A model generated the notes under the pieces. That model made no database searches, was not told where the DNA came from, and worked only from the letters and a program-made list of their open reading frames with translations. A stretch of DNA of 64,000 bases. It comes from Clostridiales bacterium (GTDB taxonomy: Bacteria > Bacillota > Sulfobacillia > RBS10-35). Made by a program: the position numbers and the translations under genes. Of the stretch, positions 34,070 to 41,156 are shown piece after piece. The number at the start of each line of letters is the position of its first letter. Position 1 is the stretch's first letter. The DNA is taken from contig JAHHQG010000027.1 of assembly GCA_018729555.1 (NCBI GenBank), forward strand, positions 11,705 to 75,704, in the 5' to 3' direction.

Positions 34070-34118
34070 GGCAGGGCTTCAGGGGAAAAACTAGCAGGAG
34101 CAAGGAAGGAGGAGCCCT

Positions 34119-34373
34119 ATGCCGTTCACCGAGTCGTTTCAGCAATTTCTCCAGGAGCTCAGCAGCAAGGTGGAAGTGGCCCAGCACGCGGGCATGAGCC
34201 GCCAGGACCTGGCCGCCGGGGCCACCCACATCGGGGAGTGGCTGTCCCAGCACTATGATCCCCAAAACCATGAGCAGCGCCTCTTGAAGGAGATGTGGGA
34301 GGTCAGCGACGACCGGGAAAAGGAAGCCATCGGCTCCATCATGGTGAAGCTGGCGGAGCGCCGGGCCCGCTGA
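34119..34373 (+). CDS. DUF3243 (YmfJ-like) small protein
   Basis: 84 aa with AAGGAAGGAGG RBS. AQHAGMSRQDL...IGEWLSQHYDPQNHEQRLLKEMWEVSDDREKEAIGSIMVKL matches my recollection of B. subtilis YmfJ. Confidence 0.65.
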   Translation: MPFTESFQQFLQELSSKVEVAQHAGMSRQDLAAGATHIGEWLSQHYDPQNHEQRLLKEMWEVSDDREKEAIGSIMVKLAERRAR

Positions 34374-34401
34374 GCTCCAACCCCATCGTTCCCAGCCCTT
34401 C

Positions 34402-34428
34402 GGGCACCGCCAAAGGCGGTGCCCTTTT
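34402..34428 (+). terminator. Rho-independent terminator after the DUF3243 gene
   Basis: GGGCACCGCC-AAA-GGCGGTGCCC followed by TTTT. Confidence 0.6.
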
Positions 34429-34440
34429 CATGCCTCCCCT

Positions 34441-34528
34441 GATCGTTTCCCATCGATATCATTTTCTCTAAGTTCGCTATTGAGTTTTTTGATATTGGAT
34501 ATTAGCATCGTTGCCGAGGAGGGATATC
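34441..34528 (+). promoter_or_regulatory. AT-rich putative promoter/operator region of the ABC-2 transporter operon
   Basis: Sharp local drop in GC. Four GATAT(C/T) boxes (ATCGATATCAT, GATATTGGATATT, GGATATCATG). TTGAGT/TTGATA -35-like hexamers and a GAGGAGG RBS. Confidence 0.3.
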
Positions 34529-35497
34529 ATGGAGATCGCCCTCAGGGTAGAGGGGCTTTACAAGACCTACGGCCGCGGGGCGAAAGCGGTGCAGGCCCTA
34601 AAGGACGTCTCCTTTGCGGTTAAGCGGGGAGAGATCCTGGGGCTTCTCGGGCCCAACGGCGCCGGGAAGACCACCACCATCAAGAGCATCCTCGGGCTCA
34701 TCGAGGTCGACCGCGGAACCATCGAGGTGTTCGGAATAAACGTCTGGAGGCGTCCTCGCGAAGCCGCCCGCCACATGGCGGCCGTCCTGGAGGGAAACCG
34801 GAACATCTATTGGCGCCTCACGCCTTTGGAAAACATGGCCTTTATGGCCGGCCTCCAAGGGATCGATCCCAAAAGCCGGCGCCGCCAGCACGAGGCCATC
34901 TTGGAGATCCTGGGCCTGGCCGACAAGAAAGATACGGTGGTAAACCACCTTTCCCGGGGGATGAAACAAAAGGTGGCCATCGCCTGCGCCTTTGCTCGGG
35001 AAACGGAGATCCTCCTTTTGGATGAGCCCACCCTGGGCCTGGATCTGGCCATGTCCTACACCCTTCGCCAGCAGCTTTTGACCCTGGCCAGGGAGGAAAA
35101 GAGGACCATCCTTCTCTCCAGCCACGACATGGATGTGGTCCAGGACCTCTGCAAGCGGGTGGTCATCATCGACAGGGGGAAGGTCATCGCCGATGACGAG
35201 GTGGCCCATCTCCAGCGCCTCTTTGCCGGCGACACCTACGAGGTGGTGGTGGCCGGCTCCCTCTCCGACGAGGTCCTCTCCCTCCTCTCCAGCCGCTTCC
35301 ACCTGGGGGAACCCGAGGCCATGGACGGCCATACCCGGCTGCGGGTGACCCTTCAAAGGCATGAGGATCTCTATCGCCTTTTGGATGTCCTTCGGGAAGG
35401 GGATGCCGTCATCCGGTCCCTTTCGCGGGTGGAACCTGACCTGGCGACCGTCTTCCTCAAGCTGACGGGGACCCAAAGGAAGGAGGTGACGGCTTGA
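34529..35497 (+). CDS. ABC transporter ATP-binding protein (ABC-2/DrrA-like, with C-terminal accessory domain)
   Basis: ATG 34529 follows GAGGAGG. Walker A GPNGAGKTT, signature LSRGMKQKVAIACA, Walker B ILLLDEPTLGLD. Confidence 0.85.
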   Translation: MEIALRVEGLYKTYGRGAKAVQALKDVSFAVKRGEILGLLGPNGAGKTTTIKSILGLIEVDRGTIEVFGINVWRRPREAARHMAAVLEGNRNIYWRLTPLENMAFMAGLQGIDPKSRRRQHEAILEILGLADKKDTVVNHLSRGMKQKVAIACAFARETEILLLDEPTLGLDLAMSYTLRQQLLTLAREEKRTILLSSHDMDVVQDLCKRVVIIDRGKVIADDEVAHLQRLFAGDTYEVVVAGSLSDEVLSLLSSRFHLGEPEAMDGHTRLRVTLQRHEDLYRLLDVLREGDAVIRSLSRVEPDLATVFLKLTGTQRKEVTA

Positions 35498-36276
35498 AGG
35501 CTCCCGTGATTCAGCTCTTGAAATCCGTCTGGCGAAAGCAGCTTCTGGAGTTTAGCCGCTATTGGGTGCAGACGGTGGGCGATGGGATCAACACCCTTAT
35601 CGTGGTCCTGGCGGTGCTCCTGGGTGTCCGCTTGGCGGGAAGCGGTTCCCCTACCCTTGGAAACACCCTGGATGCCCTCGTGGTGACCCTCTTCCTCTGG
35701 GTCATCGGCATGTATCTCATGAGCTCTTTCAGTTGGGATCTGGTGACGGAAGCCAACTGGGGAACCCTGGAGCAGCTGATGATGTCCCCTTACGACTTTC
35801 GCCTCATCGCCGTCTTCCGGGCGGCTGGCACCCTCTTCCTTTATGCCTTCGAGTTCATCCTGATCCTGGGGCTAGGCCTCTTGGTCACGGGGCGCACCCT
35901 CACGCTAGATTTCCTGACCATCCTCCCCCTCCTCCTCCTGGTGGTGGTGGCCGGCCTGGGGGTAGGGCTTTTCGTGGCAGGGATCGCCCTCATCCACAAG
36001 CGGATCCAGTCGGTCATCAACCTTCTGCAGTGGGTCGTCCTCTCCCTGGTCATGGCGCCCGTGGGGCTCTCGCCCCTCTTCCTGCTCCCGCCCATGTCGG
36101 CCCCCGCCGCCCTCATCCGGGAAGCCATGACCCAAGGAACCCGGCTCTTCCAGTTCCCCGAAACGTCCCTCGCCCTGGCGGCGGGCTTGAGCCTCCTCTA
36201 TTTCGCCCTGGGCTGGTTCTTCTTCGGGCTCCAGGAGCGCAAAGCCCGACAGGGAGGGCTTCTGGCCCAGTACTAG
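35494..36276 (+). CDS. ABC-2 type transporter permease
   Basis: 260-aa protein with six hydrophobic spans. TTG start forms a TTGA overlap with the ATPase stop and follows AAGGAAGGAGGTG. Confidence 0.75.
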   Translation: MKAPVIQLLKSVWRKQLLEFSRYWVQTVGDGINTLIVVLAVLLGVRLAGSGSPTLGNTLDALVVTLFLWVIGMYLMSSFSWDLVTEANWGTLEQLMMSPYDFRLIAVFRAAGTLFLYAFEFILILGLGLLVTGRTLTLDFLTILPLLLLVVVAGLGVGLFVAGIALIHKRIQSVINLLQWVVLSLVMAPVGLSPLFLLPPMSAPAALIREAMTQGTRLFQFPETSLALAAGLSLLYFALGWFFFGLQERKARQGGLLAQY

Positions 36277-36296
36277 GCCGTCCCTTCATCCAAGGG

Positions 36297-36337
36297 CAGA
36301 GAAGCTCTCTTTCCACGGCGGAAAGAGAGCTTCTCTT
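36297..36337. terminator. Bidirectional hairpin between convergent ABC-2 permease and ferredoxin genes
   Basis: 17-bp perfect inverted repeat AGAGAAGCTCTCTTTCC/GGAAAGAGAGCTTCTCT. Confidence 0.6.
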
Positions 36338-36359
36338 ATCCTCTGCCGTCCGGGCGGCG

Positions 36360-36599
36360 CTACTGGTTCTGGAAGAAGGCCCGATTCTTCTCAATGTAGT
36401 GCTTCCACTGCTCGGGCACATCGTCTTCGTCGTAGATGGCTTCTACAGGGCAGACGGTGACGCACAGGCTGCAGCCGATGCATTCATCCGGGTTGATGTA
36501 ATACTGATCGGGACCCTCGTAGATGCAGTTGACCGGGCACACTTCCACGCAGCTGGCGTCTTTGACCCCTACGCAAGGCTCTGTGATCACGAAGATCAT
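36360..36599 (-). CDS. Ferredoxin (7Fe-type, [3Fe-4S][4Fe-4S] pattern)
   Basis: 79 aa. CVGVKDASCVEVCP and CIGCSLCVTVCP cluster motifs. Confidence 0.85.
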   Translation of the reverse strand: MIFVITEPCVGVKDASCVEVCPVNCIYEGPDQYYINPDECIGCSLCVTVCPVEAIYDEDDVPEQWKHYIEKNRAFFQNQ

Positions 36600-36737
36600 C
36601 GGGCCGCCTCCTCACCTCATCTTCAGCGCTTCCCATGGTAACACAGGCGACAGGCCGCCGCAGCCTTCCCTATGGCCATCTCCCTCCTGTGATACCATAG
36701 ACGGCGGACAAGGGTAACCTTTGAGGGAGGATGGGCC

Positions 36738-37061
36738 ATGCGCGTTCAGGACGTGCAAGCCGACGAATTCAAAGAGATCCTGGAGAAGAGCGAGGTACCG
36801 GTGGTGGTGGACTTCTGGGCGGCGTGGTGCGCTCCGTGCCGCGTCCTTTCCCCCATGCTGGAGCGGGCGGCGGACGATTGGGGCGATAAGGCCCGGGTGC
36901 TGAAGGTCAATGCCGATGAGAACCCTGAGCTGGCGGCAGAATACGGCATCATGGGGCTTCCGACGGTCCTGGTCCTCAAGCACGGGAAGGAAGTGGCCCG
37001 GATCGTGGGGGTGCGCCCCGAGAACATCCTGCGGCAGGAGATCGAGCGCCACTTTGATTGA
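36738..37061 (+). CDS. trxA: Thioredoxin
   Basis: 107 aa. Active site WAAWCAPCR (CAPC variant of CGPC), plus GIMGLPTVLVLKHG. Confidence 0.9.
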   Translation: MRVQDVQADEFKEILEKSEVPVVVDFWAAWCAPCRVLSPMLERAADDWGDKARVLKVNADENPELAAEYGIMGLPTVLVLKHGKEVARIVGVRPENILRQEIERHFD

Positions 37062-37365
37062 CGAGAGGGAACGCCGGGCCTTGGAAAAGCTCCTCTTCGC
37101 CTACATCCTCCGGGACGAAACCTGGGATGGGGAAAAGTACCGGGGACGTCTCGACGATATCCTCAACTGGATCCTGGACCCGGAGGATCGGCAAACGTGG
37201 CCCTATGTGGCTTTCGATATGCTCAGGGGCCGGATCGAGCCGGGTTTCCGCCCCTTTCTCTTGGAAACCCTGGGCTATGATGAAGAGCCCAAGGAGGAGC
37301 TCTGGGCCCGGTATGGGGAAAGGGCGAGGGAACCGCTGGAGCGGTTGAAGGAGGGCCGGCGGTGA
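37054..37365 (+). CDS. Hypothetical acidic protein (~103 aa)
   Basis: Host-like codon usage fills the trxA-tenA gap. The only plausible start is TTG 37054, which overlaps the trxA stop. No recognisable domain. Confidence 0.35.
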   Translation: MIDERERRALEKLLFAYILRDETWDGEKYRGRLDDILNWILDPEDRQTWPYVAFDMLRGRIEPGFRPFLLETLGYDEEPKEELWARYGERAREPLERLKEGRR

Positions 37366-37586
37366 AGGATGTCCCCCGGATGCTGGCCCAGAGGATCCTT
37401 GCCATCGAGGAGGAAGGGGAGGGAACGTCGGAAGAGGAAAAGCTCAGCCTCTTTTTCAAGGGGCTGACGGGAAGGGAACGTTCCCATCCCCTGGGCCGCT
37501 GGTTGGAGAGGGTGCGGGAGGATCTCTCCTGGTACGACAACCTCGTGGATGCCGCCGAAGCCCTTTGGGATATCTACGCCAGTTAG
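37362..37586 (+). CDS. Hypothetical protein (74 aa)
   Basis: GTG start forms a GTGA overlap with the previous ORF. No recognisable domain. The stop overlaps the convergent tenA stop. Confidence 0.35.
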   Translation: MKDVPRMLAQRILAIEEEGEGTSEEEKLSLFFKGLTGRERSHPLGRWLERVREDLSWYDNLVDAAEALWDIYAS

Positions 37587-38248
37587 ACGGGCCAGGCTTC
37601 TTCCTGCCAGCACATCTCCCAGAAGAGGTATTCAAAGCGGGCACTGTGGAGGTAGCGATCTCTCCACACCCGGAGGGCATCTTCGGGCTGCCCTTCCGCC
37701 AGCCGGTCCAGGAGGCCCGCGCAATACTCCCCCAGCGCTTTGAACTCCTTTGAGGTGTACATCTCCATCCATTCCCGGTAGAAGGGGTTCTGGGGCCAGC
37801 CGCGCTTCGCCAGGTAGTCGGCCGTTTCGGCATAACCCTCCAGGCATGGGAGGAGGGAGGCGGTGAGCTCGCCCAAGGACCCCGACCAGGAGGTGTAGAG
37901 GAGTTCCCGGGTGTAAGCCCGGCAGGTGGGGGCCATCTCGCCTTCCTCCAGCTCCTTCAGGGAGAGGCCAAACCGCTGGGCATACCGGCGATGGCCCTCC
38001 ATCTCGAAGTTCACGATGCCGTCGAAGAGGCGGGCAAACCAGCCCATGGTCTCCAGGTCGGGGGCTTTGGCGGCCCCTAGGGCGAACATGCGGGCGTACT
38101 CTTTGAGGTAAAGGTAATCCTGTCGCAGCCAGTACCGGAACTTCTCTTCCGGCAGGGTTCCGTCGCCCAGCCCTTGAACAAAGGGATGGCGAAAGATGGC
38201 CTGCCAGAGGTCATCGGTTTCCTGCCGCAGCTGCCGTGAAAACCCCAT
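37583..38248 (-). CDS. tenA: Thiaminase II / aminopyrimidine aminohydrolase (TenA family)
   Basis: HPFVQGLGDGTLPEEKFRYWLRQDYLYLKEYARMF. It lies downstream of a TPP riboswitch. Confidence 0.85.
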   Translation of the reverse strand: MGFSRQLRQETDDLWQAIFRHPFVQGLGDGTLPEEKFRYWLRQDYLYLKEYARMFALGAAKAPDLETMGWFARLFDGIVNFEMEGHRRYAQRFGLSLKELEEGEMAPTCRAYTRELLYTSWSGSLGELTASLLPCLEGYAETADYLAKRGWPQNPFYREWMEMYTSKEFKALGEYCAGLLDRLAEGQPEDALRVWRDRYLHSARFEYLFWEMCWQEEAWPV

Positions 38249-38269
38249 GCTCCCCGCTCCTTTCCGTGT

Positions 38270-38410
38270 AAAAAAGGCCGCTCCAGCATAGGAGCGGCCT
38301 CAGGTAGACCGGTGATCCTCCCGCTTCCTTGCGCTGGCATGACCCAGATCAAGTTAAAGGGGTCCAGGTGAGACCTGTTCTCAGCCCTTTGCGGAGGGCT
38401 CCCCCAGCGG
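38270..38410 (-). promoter_or_regulatory. TPP (THI-box) riboswitch with terminator expression platform
   Basis: The minus strand reads GGGGAGCCC...GGCTGAGAACAGG...ACCCCTTTAACTTGATCTGGGTCATGCCAGCGCAAGGAAGCG. It is followed by hairpin AGGCCGCTCC/GGAGCGGCCT plus TTTTTT (38270..38300). Confidence 0.8.
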
Positions 38411-38433
38411 TTCCCAAACCTGTGAAATTTTCA

Positions 38434-38519
38434 TGGTGCCGGGGGCGGGATTCGAACCCGCACACCCCGAAGGGTAAGGGATTTTAAGTCCCCCGCGTCT
38501 GCCGTTCCGCCACCCCGGC
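38434..38519 (-). tRNA. tRNA-Leu (anticodon TAA)
   Basis: Minus strand: GCCGGGG...anticodon loop CTTAAAA...long variable arm...GCGGGTTCGAATCCCGC-CCCCGGC-ACCA. Confidence 0.9.
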
Positions 38520-38944
38520 TAGTAGCTGCGCATGCCTTTGGGGTGATGGGACCCGCGGCCACCGCGCCGGTCCTGCATCGATTTCTTCAGATCCCCCAGC
38601 CGGTCTTCGCTATCCTTCATGAAGCGCTGGAGTTTGTCTTCAAAGGACTGGGGGGTCTTGGGCCGACCCGGCCCACGGCCTCCCCGGGGTTTCTGGGCCG
38701 ACGCCCCCGGTTGAGCCTGACGGATGGAAAGGCCGATTTTCTTGCCACTGGCATCGATGGAAAGGATCTTGACCCTGACCTTATCGCCCTTCTTCAGGTA
38801 GTCATGGATGTTTTCCACGTAGCTGTCCGAGATTTCCGAAATGTGCACCAGCCCCGTAGAGCCTCCGGGAAGCTCCACAAAGGCACCGAACTGGGCGATG
38901 CCAGTGACAACCCCGTCCACGATCTCGCCGATTGCGATGGCCAT
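38519..38944 (-). CDS. yabR: S1 RNA-binding domain protein (YabR-like)
   Basis: S1 fold GEIVDGVVTGIAQFGAFVELPGGSTGLVHISE and a basic C-terminal tail. Syntenic position after divIC. Confidence 0.8.
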   Translation of the reverse strand: MAIAIGEIVDGVVTGIAQFGAFVELPGGSTGLVHISEISDSYVENIHDYLKKGDKVRVKILSIDASGKKIGLSIRQAQPGASAQKPRGGRGPGRPKTPQSFEDKLQRFMKDSEDRLGDLKKSMQDRRGGRGSHHPKGMRSY

Positions 38945-38982
38945 CGAAGAAACAATCCCCCTGCTTTACTTGATAGCGCTTG

Positions 38983-39012
38983 ATTATACGCCGGATGGAT
39001 GGAAAGGGTCAA
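38983..39012 (-). promoter_or_regulatory. Putative sigma-A promoter of yabR
   Basis: Minus strand TTGACC - 18 nt - TATAAT. Confidence 0.4.
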
Positions 39013-39106
39013 TGGACGGAGATGGAGCGATTGGCTAAGGTTTTGCAACCCCGGGCCGCGGGCATGGTCATCCATGTCTTGGCCGACGACTCCGCCCCTT
39101 CCAGCG

Positions 39107-39412
39107 CTAGGGGCCATGGGTCTCCTCCTCCTGCCAGACGGGCTCGTAGACCACCTCTCCCTCTTTGATGAGCCCCTGGCGGCGGGCTTCCTGCTCCAAA
39201 AGGGCCGGGTTCTGGAGTTCCAGGAGCTTTTGCCGCAGGATGTCGTTCTCTTCCTGAACCCGCTGAAGGCGGATCTGAACCTCCCTCGTCTGCGACTTGA
39301 CGTAATGGAGCCGGGCTTGCTGCTCCAGGAGGTTGAAGGCGGCAAAGACCGCCACCGCCAGGATGAGAAGGCGTCGCCAGCGCCACCGCCGTTTACGCTT
39401 CTTCGTCTCCAT
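39107..39412 (-). CDS. divIC: Septum formation initiator DivIC/FtsB family protein
   Basis: Basic N-terminus, one TM (LLILAVAVFAAFNLL), then coiled coil (IRLQRVQEENDILRQKLLELQ). ATG 39412 lies 6 nt after AGGAGG. Confidence 0.75.
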   Translation of the reverse strand: METKKRKRRWRWRRLLILAVAVFAAFNLLEQQARLHYVKSQTREVQIRLQRVQEENDILRQKLLELQNPALLEQEARRQGLIKEGEVVYEPVWQEEETHGP

Positions 39413-39587
39413 CGCCGGCCTCCTCATCGTCCCCAAAGAGGCTCAAGGGATCCCCGTCGATGACGATGACCACCTCGTAGCCCTTGGCGCGAGCCCTGTG
39501 GAAGAGGGTGTTGACGGTTCCCGGGGCCAGCCCCAGGCGGAGGGCAATCTCTTCCGTGCTATGGCCTGTCTCCTTCAAGGCCACCAC
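39393..39587 (-). CDS. Small LuxR/sigma-70-region-4-like HTH protein (possibly N-terminally incomplete)
   Basis: ALKETGHSTEEIALRLGLAPGTVNTLFHRARAKG followed by an acidic tail. HTH homology (ERLSFRERQVV) continues upstream of the first canonical start codon. Confidence 0.45.
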   Translation of the reverse strand: MVALKETGHSTEEIALRLGLAPGTVNTLFHRARAKGYEVVIVIDGDPLSLFGDDEEAGDGDEEA

Positions 39588-39704
39588 CTGGCGTTCCCGA
39601 AAGCTCAGCCGTTCCGCGCCCCGGATCTCGATCCGCAGGACTTATCCCCAATCTATACACAGGATGTGTACAAAGTATATACAAAGTCCTCCCCAGGAGG
39701 CTAC

Positions 39705-40004
39705 CTACCCGTGCCTCCCCACGCGGGAAAGAATCCGCCGGTGGACGGGGCTGGCCCATGCCCGGTACAGCCAGAACCCGGCGGCGGTACCGAGGAAAAA
39801 GGAGCTTCGCAGCGCTCCGCCTGTGGAAAAGTAAAGGCCTGCGGCCAGGATGACCCAGGCCAGGATGAAAAGGCTCAAGAGGACTGCGGGGTAACTGGGG
39901 TGGGCGTAGAGGCGGCGGCGCACCCACCAGAGGAGATCCCCCACCCCTGCCACCATCGACCCTGCCAGGGCGGCCACCACGAAGGAGAGCCATTCCTCAC
40001 CCAT
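39705..40004 (-). CDS. yabQ: YabQ-like spore cortex biosynthesis membrane protein
   Basis: 99 aa with three hydrophobic spans. Position between yabP and divIC. ATG 40004 lies just after the yabP stop. Confidence 0.6.
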   Translation of the reverse strand: MGEEWLSFVVAALAGSMVAGVGDLLWWVRRRLYAHPSYPAVLLSLFILAWVILAAGLYFSTGGALRSSFFLGTAAGFWLYRAWASPVHRRILSRVGRHG

Positions 40005-40008
40005 AGGG

Positions 40009-40302
40009 TCACTGGACGAGCCTTGCCCAGAAGCTCTTCCCTTTCCCCCTGGGCCCTCCCTGGTCGGACCACACCAGGCCCGAAATTTGCCCCTCCACGG
40101 CAAACCGACCTTCGGGGAGCTCCAGCTGCTGGATGTGGAGATCGCGGCCGCTGATGGTCAAGACGCCGTAGTCGGTCCAGAGGACGGCCGTTTCCCGGTC
40201 AAAGTTCTCCACATGCAGGACGCCGGTGATCTCCGCCCGATGGCAGTCCACCACCGTCACCTGATGGGGTTTGCGGTTGCCCTTTTCCTGAGAACGGTCC
40301 AT
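40009..40302 (-). CDS. yabP: Sporulation protein YabP
   Basis: HQVTVVDCHRAEITGVLHVENFDRETAVLWTDYGVLTISGRDLHIQQL, with GGGGAGG RBS. Confidence 0.85.
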   Translation of the reverse strand: MDRSQEKGNRKPHQVTVVDCHRAEITGVLHVENFDRETAVLWTDYGVLTISGRDLHIQQLELPEGRFAVEGQISGLVWSDQGGPRGKGKSFWARLVQ

Positions 40303-40354
40303 AGCCTCCCCCCTGTGCCACGTTATGCGGCGGGGAGGGAAGGCATACTGGCGA

Positions 40355-40633
40355 TCAGTCGTAGAATTCCAGGGGCTCCGGCTCCCGATGCTCGTACAGC
40401 ACCTTGTACATCATGGGCGCCAGCTGAGGGGGCATGGACTCCTGGACCATCTCCACCTGCACCCGGAGAAGGCGCCGCCCGTAGTTGACTTCGATCACAT
40501 CCCCCACCTTCACCTGGGCGCTAGGTTTGGCCGGGACATCGTTCAGCTTCACCCGGCCTCCCCAGCACATGTTTGTGGCAATGGGGCGGCGGCGAATCAG
40601 CCGCGACACCTTCAGCCACCGATCGAGGCGCAC
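40355..40633 (-). CDS. yabO: S4-domain RNA-binding protein (YabO/Hsp15-like)
   Basis: VRLDRWLKVSRLIRRRPIA... S4 motif. GTG start follows GGGAGGTG. Confidence 0.85.
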   Translation of the reverse strand: MRLDRWLKVSRLIRRRPIATNMCWGGRVKLNDVPAKPSAQVKVGDVIEVNYGRRLLRVQVEMVQESMPPQLAPMMYKVLYEHREPEPLEFYD

Positions 40634-40663
40634 GGGTCCACCTCCCTGATGACCCTTTCATGC

Positions 40664-40694
40664 TAACAAAAGAAGGACCCCGAAAGGGTCCTTC
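40664..40694 (-). terminator. Rho-independent terminator of hbs
   Basis: Minus strand GAAGGACCC-TTTCG-GGGTCCTTC followed by TTTTGTT. Confidence 0.7.
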
Positions 40695-40719
40695 GTCTGG
40701 GTTGCCAGCGATGGGTTCC

Positions 40720-40992
40720 TTAGCCCAGAGCTTCTTTGAGGCCTTTGCCGGCGCGGAACGCAGGCACCTTGGAGGCAGGGATGTGGATGGTGGCGCCCGT
40801 CTGGGGGTTGCGACCGGTGCGGGCCTTGCGCTCCCGAACCTCAAAGGTCCCGAACCCCACCAGGGACACCTTCTCGCCTTTGCGCAGGGCCTCCTGGATG
40901 CTCTCCACCAGAGCGTTGATGGCCTTCTCGGAATCCTTGTGGGTGAGGCCCGCCTTCTCCGCCACCGCTCGCACCAGCTCCTGCTTGTTCAA
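40720..40992 (-). CDS. hbs: DNA-binding protein HU
   Basis: (M)[16 protein letters not shown]...[47 protein letters not shown] 40992 lies 9 nt after GGAAGGAG; the track start GTG 41001 is less likely. Confidence 0.9.
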   Translation of the reverse strand: MNKQELVRAVAEKAGLTHKDSEKAINALVESIQEALRKGEKVSLVGFGTFEVRERKARTGRNPQTGATIHIPASKVPAFRAGKGLKEALG

Positions 40993-41122
40993 ATTCGACA
41001 CTCCTTCCGTCCTGGACCTTTCGGTTCCGCCCTCAGGGCAGAACCCTGTCCGTACGCCGTTCTTCGCTCTTTAGGCCCGTTTTCCTGCTAACAAGCCAAA
41101 AGATTTCCATTCCTCCGCCAGA

Positions 41123-41151
41123 TTTATACCAAAGTCCCCCCTTCACTTGAA
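41123..41151 (-). promoter_or_regulatory. Putative hbs promoter (extended -10)
   Basis: Minus strand TTCAAG - 17 nt (ending TGG) - TATAAA. Implies a 5' UTR of about 115 nt. Confidence 0.4.
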
Positions 41152-41156
41152 GGGCA

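Noticed and set aside
34489-34510. TTGAT pentamer in the ABC-2 promoter as a TAM with an adjacent target for the neighbouring TnpB-like gene's guide
   Set aside because: The sequence following it (ATTGGATATTAGCATCG) shows no complementarity to the candidate guide downstream of the IS right end (GAGGAATAAGGCAGGGC...). The TAM of this TnpB clade is also unknown. The idea is kept only as a test suggestion.
35562-36641. 359-aa plus-strand ORF
   Set aside because: It is an alternative frame of the ABC-2 permease gene that runs on into the antisense of the ferredoxin gene. Its composition is Pro/Gly/Arg-rich.
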